Source: Octopus vulgaris | Taxonomy: Eukaryota | Assembly (NCBI GenBank): GCA_951406725.2 | Contig: OX597814.1 | Span: forward strand, 83,824,001-83,888,000 | Direction of reading: 5' to 3' | DNA length: 64,000 nucleotides | Shown: positions 57,250 through 64,000 of the stretch, piece after piece | Position numbering within the stretch: position 1 is the first letter of the stretch | Layout of the letters: each line of letters opens with the position of its first letter | The notes under the pieces: generated by a model | Seen by the model: only the letters and a program-made list of their open reading frames with translations | Database searches by the model: none | Told to the model about the DNA's origin: nothing | Translations under genes and position numbers: made by a program

Positions 57250-57402
57250 AGTCACCTCGTAGGATCTCGAGTATCGAGTACCTACGTCTGACGCGCGCGC
57301 GCGCGCGAATTCGCGTGTGCAAAACCGGGACCACGACAATTGACAAGTACCTCCTCCCTGTTAGTCTGAAATATAATAATATTTGGTGACATTGTGGTTA
57401 CG

Positions 57403-57506
57403 ATGGTATCTTCAATAACAATTCCTCGACGTCTACCTCTACTTATTGCTGACAATGTCTTGTTACCAGGTTCTTCAATGCGTATTTTAGTTCGCAGCTT
57501 ACAGAA
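57403..57506 (+). CDS. LONP2: Peroxisomal Lon protease homolog 2, first coding exon (gene continues beyond the window)
   Basis: Translation MVSSITIPRRLPLLIADNVLLPGSSMRILVRSLQ resembles the vertebrate LONP2 N-terminus (IQIPSRLPLLL..GVLLPGSTMR). Ends in a strong donor AA|GTGAGT. No exon 2 found before 64000. Confidence 0.85.
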
Positions 57507-58497
57507 GTGAGTACCCAAACATATTTATTAATTAATACTATCTGTTATATTGCTATGTAGGTTAATGTTTACAAGTACACCGGCACGAAAACATCGACTC
57601 TTTTTTTTTTATTTGAAAATTTTTCAGCGGATTCCTATGCTTTCGATGACAGAGATTCTGAATATGCCAAAAACTATGTTTTCAAAATTTTCAATTCCTC
57701 CCTCCCCACCCCAAATTTTTTAATTTTTTCGGATTTTTTTTTCAGTCTACGTGGAAAAATATGGAGATTTAAATATGGAAAAAAGAAAAAATGTAGTGAA
57801 ACAGATTAATTTATCAAATATTTAAGGTCTGTTAAAAACTAGGGGTATAGCATGTCACGACAACCCTTTGTATAATTCTCTGTAACTTTTAGATAATATA
57901 CATTTTTTTTTACTAAGAGCTATAGTTTCACTAGGTTATTCTCTGGTTATTTACGTGCGGTTAGCAAAGATATATTCCGGTGTAGAAGACCAGTGCCTGA
58001 ATCAAATAACAACTTGTCAACAATCAGCAGCTGAAGTTGTACTTGAATATCAGCTGGCACCGTTTATTTCTCTAAAATACGACAATATGTTATATTTATA
58101 TTGTCATCAAACGAATGAAAGAAATATTGCCACCTTAAAATAATCTCTTTCCTTTAGTTACAGATTACACGATTATCAAATATTTGAAGTGACAGGCGTT
58201 TCAAAAAGAGATTGTGTCACAAAATGAAGTTAGTAATTTATTAACCAATACTAATTAACCAACAAAACAACCACTCAACATTAAAACTGCCAGAGGCTGT
58301 GTAGAGCAATTTACATGCATCTATCTGCCCGCCCGTCCGTCTTCTTAATTTCCTATATTGATAGAGTATTTAAATATGAAAGTTATTCGGAGTCGATGTT
58401 GAAAGGAAGACCAATGGATTAAATTGTTTAAGTTTAAATGGCTTGTTTTTTGTCTATTTTATTTTCCAGTCATTCCATTAAGTTCACCTGTTGGTGT

Positions 58498-59115
58498 TAA
58501 TAATAATGAAATTATTATGTACAGTGCTCAGGTGCACTACAACTTATCAAAGGCGCATGTACAATACATAGAATTATGTTTAAATGTCAGGAAAGTGAAC
58601 AGTGTGTATCATGATTTACATGCAAGCATGCGTATGGAGTGTGTGCGGGGGGATATCAGGTGTAGTGCTGGTGAATTTCAGGAAGCATGGAGGTTTTAAA
58701 GGATGCAATGTCTTGGCAGCTAACAACTGATGCGGGTAATTTGTGCCATGCTTCAGCAACTCTGAGTGTGAAAAAATGTTTCCAAAAGCCATAGGCGGTG
58801 TGCTGTTTTCTGACTTTGTAGGTATGCCCTCATGTGTTAGACACATAGAATTCAATAAGGTATTTAAGGTTGTTGTTGGCACGATAGTTAATAATTTTGT
58901 GGGTGTTTACCAAGTGCGTTGCCAGACGTTGGAGCTTTATCGTATCTATGTCCTGGAAGTTTCCAGGAGGTCAATGTTCTGAGCAAGGTAAGGGTTCTAG
59001 ACTGGTGATGCAAATTCCAAGTGTTGCTGCACCATAGCCATAAATAGATAACTAGAGAGTGGCTGGCAAAGGTCTTGCTGAGTGATGTCAAGACACCCTC
59101 AGCCTTCTTGACAAT
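58498..59115 (-). mobile_element. CR1 3' fragment in LONP2 intron 1
   Basis: Homologous to 35520-36060 and 21625-22288. Confidence 0.82.
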
Positions 59116-59464
59116 AAATGAATTCAGTTGATACTGTTTATGTGAGAGACACAGATTTATAAGTTTTTCTAAATGGCTCAGTTTGTTTTTAACTAGAAGG
59201 AAAATTACAATATCTTACTTGTTAGAAGCTACAGGCTGCACTGAACTTGTTTCTTATCTGTGAGCATGTTTCTTATATGTGAGCATGTTTCTACATAAGT
59301 ATAATCTGCAGGGGCCTATGATCATCACAACATACAAAAGGGGTAGTGAACTAATTAGTAAATAAATATACAGAAATGTGTTTATTACTGTAGAGAAAAA
59401 AAAGAATTGTTTGAAATTCTCTCACTGTATATTTTATACGTATGCTTTCACCTGCTTAATATTG

Positions 59465-59655
59465 ATTTCAAACTTTGGCACAATGTCAGCAATTTCAGAA
59501 GAAAGGGTAAGTCAATTACATTGACTCCAGTACTCAACTGGTACTTATTAAATCCATCCTGAAAGGATGAAAGGCAAAGTCAATCTTGGTAGAATTTGAA
59601 CTCAGAATGTGAAGACAGATGAAATGCTGCTAAGCATTTCTCATGGTGTGCTAAT
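59465..59655 (-). mobile_element. SINE copy (family of 2139-2370)
   Basis: GAAAGGATGAAAGGCAAAGTCAA...AATTTGAACTCAGAA. Confidence 0.72.
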
Positions 59656-59669
59656 TCCAAAGCCTCGTC

Positions 59670-61860
59670 TAAATTCTTAACTAGTTCCCTTTCTATTCTA
59701 GATCTATCTAAACTTAGCTGGTTGCTAAATCTAATAGATTCTAAACAGATGGTTCTCTTGAGGGCATGCCACCATCTATTATTAATGATGGCGCCACATA
59801 ATGCCCTCTGTACTAATTCTTTAATCCAGGCATGGAAGGCTTGACAAGTCAAAATGGACTTGTTCATCTTCCAGTACCTGGGTCCCTGTCAATGACATTT
59901 ATTTATATGTACCTCACATGTCACAAATTTGTGATCTGTGTAAGGCACAATACAAAATTGTGGACAGCTATCTCTTTCTCTAACAAATATCCTATCTATA
60001 TACGATCTGCATGAGCTGTCGTTATTACTCCACATCCACTGTGGAACTCTCGGCTCTTCAGTCTGTAATGGTCTACTAGATTATAGCTCTCTAGTAGACA
60101 CTTGAGGCTAGGATTTCCCCTCCTATCAGTTGAGCCAACACTATCCACCCGTGCATCGAGTGTAGTGTTAAAGTCTCCTAATAGAACTAACATTTTTGAG
60201 GTCACTAGAAAGTGCTCTAGTTCTCGATAAAAGCCAGACTGCCTACACTCCTTAAGAGCATAGACAGCTACCAATCTGAAAGACTGTTTACTCATGTGGA
60301 TCACATCTAGGACGACCAGCCTACCTTCTGGGTCCAGAAAGACTGTACTTACCTGTAAGTCCAAGGTCTTCCTGAGTAGAACCACCACACCCCCTCCTCC
60401 TTGTCGGCCAGGAGAAATAAATTTCTCATAGCCATTTAGAAGAGGCAAGAATGCTTGTGGTCCACTCATCTTGGATTCAGTTACAATGCACACATCTATA
60501 TCTTGTGACCTGAGGTCGTTCAGGAGACAAGCTTGTTTCCATTTTGAACCCGGCCCACGCACATTTATGCACCCTAGCTTAATCAACATAAAGAAATTTT
60601 ATGGAAAAAGAAGTACTTACAATTTAAGTTTTCATGGTGGTGGGGCTGCACAAATACACCTACCTCCACATCCTTTTCTTTTGCTGGTGGAGCCGCTGGG
60701 CTTTTTATTGGTGTAGCTACTGGGCTATTTGTTGGTGTGGCGGCCAGGCTTACGATTAATTTACCCTCCACCACTTCTGTGCTGACATCTTGCACGTCGT
60801 CCGGGTAACGCGCTATCAATTCTTTCCACAGGCCTTTGTCCATTAATGGAAAACTAATGCCTGTCGGTGTGATCTAATGTATTTAGTCACCAGTTCATTT
60901 CTTTCTCTAAAATGCCACTGTTTTTTCATGTGCTTTTTTGGTGGAAGTTTGATAAATGATTTTACTGTGAAGTTGGATTGGGGAGTTTGGTTGTGTGTAT
61001 CGTATGTTTTGTTACTTTTTTTGATTGGGGAGGGAAGTCAGGGACATGTGTCTTTTTCCGTTTATGCATAACTGTGGTAAACTCCATTTCTTCAGTTGTT
61101 TCTTCTTTCTCCTCAGCTACATTTTCTTCCTTCTTCGCTAACGCATTCTCTGGCTTGTCTGTTTTTTCCTTCACCTCCTTTGCAGCTTTTGGGGGAGGAG
61201 CTTCATTCTCTTTTTTTTTTTTGTGCACTTGGAGTGAATGTGGCCCTTTTCTCCACACTTGAAGCATCTGGGCCTATGTCCCTCCACGGCCACTCGCAAT
61301 GATAGCCCCTCCCCTACAAATACCCTATCGGGTAAATTTTCCAGAGTCTCATTCGCTGCTTGGACTAACATTTCTAATGTCTGGCCTTTCCAATTTATGG
61401 TGTTCTTCTTTTTCATCTGTAAGAGGAACATCTCTTCTACGTCATAAATCACTGCTGCTGCTACCCACATAACTTCATATCCTGCTGGAATTTCTTCCAC
61501 TGTAATTTTTTCCACTGTAATTTTTGCAGTTCTGTGACCCAAGTATGTGGGTAGCAGCATTATCTCATAATTCCTTAATGTTTTTGTTGACACCTCCTTG
61601 GCTACGTCAGCCATTTGGAACTGCACTTCAACAGTTGCGCTTTGCATTCCACGGCCAATGTAGCATACCTTGTTCCATATTGGTGCCAAGCACCTCTCCA
61701 CCACTTCGTTCTTGGCTTCTGTTATCCTCTTTTCCTTCAGGTTGTAGATTTTGTATACTACCGTTCTAGCATTGATTGCTTGTACCATTTCAGGAGGCGG
61801 CAACAGTTTAGTGCTTTAAGTTCAGTCATACTGTGCTGCACCTGTGTCTTCTATAACCTG
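59670..61860 (-). mobile_element. L1/Tx1-clade retrotransposon 5' half: gag-like ORF1 with zinc knuckle plus ORF2 APE endonuclease
   Basis: CFKCGEKGHIHSKC (CCHC) in 61171-61803; GCINVRG, DPEGRL and LLGDFN in 59996-60589; frameshifted, RT missing. Confidence 0.85.
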
Positions 61861-62999
61861 AGGTAGATTAAAGCCTTGGGAGAGGATTTGGCAGATGGGC
61901 ACTGAAAGAAGCATTCTGTGTGTGTATGGGTGTGTTACCTGCTTGGAAGCATGTGAGGGTTGGTGTCAGGAAAATCTATCTCAGCAAATTGTGTCTGACC
62001 CATGCAAGCATAGAAAAATGGGCATTGATATTGATGATGATTTAGTTTATTTCAAGAGCTCCTGTCAAACAAAACTCACTGATCTGCTTTTGAAGAAGTT
62101 TCTTTTAATAGCATGTAATTGTCCCTGTGTTTTGTTCTCTCAATTATTGTTTGAGCCTTTTTTGCAATTGGTGGGTTTAAATTTCTGCATTTTATAGTAT
62201 CTTTGAACGAAAAAAAAAAAACTGGCTTTTCTATTTGATTTAGAGTTCTTAGGTATTTATTTGAACTCTAATAGAGAAGAAAATTCATCATTTGCATGAA
62301 ATACCATTTTGCATTCTTGTGATTCAATTTCCAAAAATATTTTCAGTTCCTATAGAAACTGAAAATTTCTTAACAAATGAGAGGTGACACTGAAATTTAT
62401 TTGAAAAAAATCAAAATTTTCACTGAAATTTATTTCAAAAATCAAAATGTAAACAAACCAATGGTTGATTTTTATGTTTTCATGTCATGAGATATAGGAA
62501 ACTCTTGTGGATGTAATAGGGTATAATTTGTCATTTTCAATTACATAGTTAGGTATTTTTAATTTTCTGGCACTTTATTCATTGTAAAACACATTTGATC
62601 TTTTAACTACTTGTGAAGCATTTTTGCCATCAAATGACATTCTATTACATGGATATAGCTGATTGCATGCTGGAAAGAAAGGGAAATGGTTTATTGGCAG
62701 GATTGATAATGACTTGATTATGTGCTTCTTAGTTTGATGATGAGGAAAATTTTAAATTTTACAATAAATGAAATGGCAAAGGATAAGCTATTTAAAGTAA
62801 TTTATTCTTTTGCAGCTAATCAATTAGAAGATTCTGATTGTGATTTTTGAAATTTTGCTATAACTATTTGTGTTTATTCTGATGTGCTGCTCTCCTTAAT
62901 TATATCTTCTTTTAAAAGGTGTTGAATTTCTTCATAGATAAACTCAGTACCCATTTAAGTCATAGATTTATTGTTAAACCTCAGGCCAACCTTGATTAA

Positions 63000-63580
63000 T
63001 CACCATCATCACTTAACAAACATTTTCCATGCTGATATGGGTTGGATGGTTTGACAGGAGCTGGCCAGTTTGAAGAGCCACTCAGGCTTCATGTCTGTTT
63101 TGGCATGGTTTCTACAGCTGGATGCACTTCCTAATGCCAACAACCTTATAGAGTGTAGTGGGTACTTTTATGCAGCACTGCCGCAGGTGTGTTTATGTAG
63201 CACCAGTACCCATGAGCCTGTAAAGTTAGGAATGCTCAGCTGGAGGGGGAAATAGCCTGTATTCAAGGACAACCATGCTTTTACTTAGCTTGACATGTCT
63301 TTTCAAGCACAGCAAACTGCCAGATATCTTGGACCCCTGTCATCCCATCTCTGAGTCCCAATGTCTGTAGATCCTTTCTCACCACTTCATTCCATGTCTT
63401 CTTTGGTCTAGCCCTTCCACATATTCCCTCTACTGGCACCTCTTGATGCAACTTTCTTCATTTATACACATCACATGGCCATATTAGTGCAGTCATTTCT
63501 CTTGCACACTACATCTGATGTCTCATATACCCAGTTTTTCTTTCAAATCACTTATTCTCTGTCATGCATTCACACAGACA
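63000..63580 (-). mobile_element. Decayed RTE LINE 3' fragment
   Basis: RTE 3' UTR motif TTTCTACAGCTGGATGC plus a GRARPKKTWNEVV remnant. Confidence 0.72.
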
Positions 63581-64000
63581 TTTGTTGTTGGACTGTTGGT
63601 AATCTTATTCCCCGCCACCCTGTCATGTTTTGAAAGATGTAGTTTCTTTTCATTTCATCAACTATTAGCCTCTGAGTTATAGTGGATAAAAGCATTGGAA
63701 CTTAGATCAAAACAGTGAAAACCCAATGTGAGCACATGTAGATATGCAAAAAGGAAAACAAAAACAAAAAGACCCCACAAAATGAAGGTTAGAAGTTAAA
63801 AAAATATTTTCCATCAGTATTAACAATAACTCATGTCAATTAGTCATGGCACATTTTGGTAATAGTATTAATCAGGTTGAATGACTGTAGAAACTTTCGT
63901 GCTAACTAAACAGTCTTTGATGCTGATGATGGTAGAAAATGTTGCTGTGATTAATAATGTCCAATAAATATCGCAGTAAAAGGATGTTTGAAGAAAAAGT

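Larger units (their letters stand above)
54453..57351. mobile_element. Non-autonomous fold-back DNA transposon with ~1.3-kb terminal inverted repeats (TIRs) and 9-bp TSD (Mutator- or Merlin-like)
   Basis: Arms 54453-55751 and 56055-57351 are near-identical reverse complements. Termini GGTACTTGTC...GACAAGTACC. TCCTCCCTG is duplicated at 54444-54452 and 57352-57360. The ~300-bp spacer contains (TA)n. Confidence 0.92.

Noticed and set aside
62800-62900. LONP2 exon 2 after a TTTTGCAG acceptor
   Set aside because: The required phase gives an immediate TAA, and there is no similarity to the expected LONP2 sequence.

Overview
Eukaryotic, AT-rich and microsatellite-rich animal DNA. The mix of (GAT)n-tailed RTE LINEs, tRNA-derived SINEs and (TA)n/(CA)n tracts looks cephalopod (Octopus-like); this is inference. 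The window holds one complete 8-exon minus-strand gene, imidazolonepropionase AMDHD1/HutI (CDS 46236->20282, 1326 nt, 441 aa, all introns GT-AG and in phase). Head-to-head with it lies the first coding exon of peroxisomal Lon protease LONP2 (57403-57506, +), which the ORF track misses. The rest is mostly transposable elements: a near-full-length RTE LINE with a PHD-type finger, CR1, Tx1/L1 and CRE-like fragments, a cluster of composite Helitrons with a PIF1 fragment, hAT, mariner and Tc1 derivatives, SINEs and Penelope-like hairpins. The most striking structure is a young 2.9-kb fold-back element (54453-57351). It has ~1.3-kb near-identical inverted arms, a perfect 9-bp target-site duplication (TSD), the same LINE piece in both arms, and CpG-rich ends with an NRF1-type motif, and it ends 51 bp upstream of the LONP2 ATG. 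A well-formed variant hammerhead ribozyme lies sense to the AMDHD1 pre-mRNA in intron 6.
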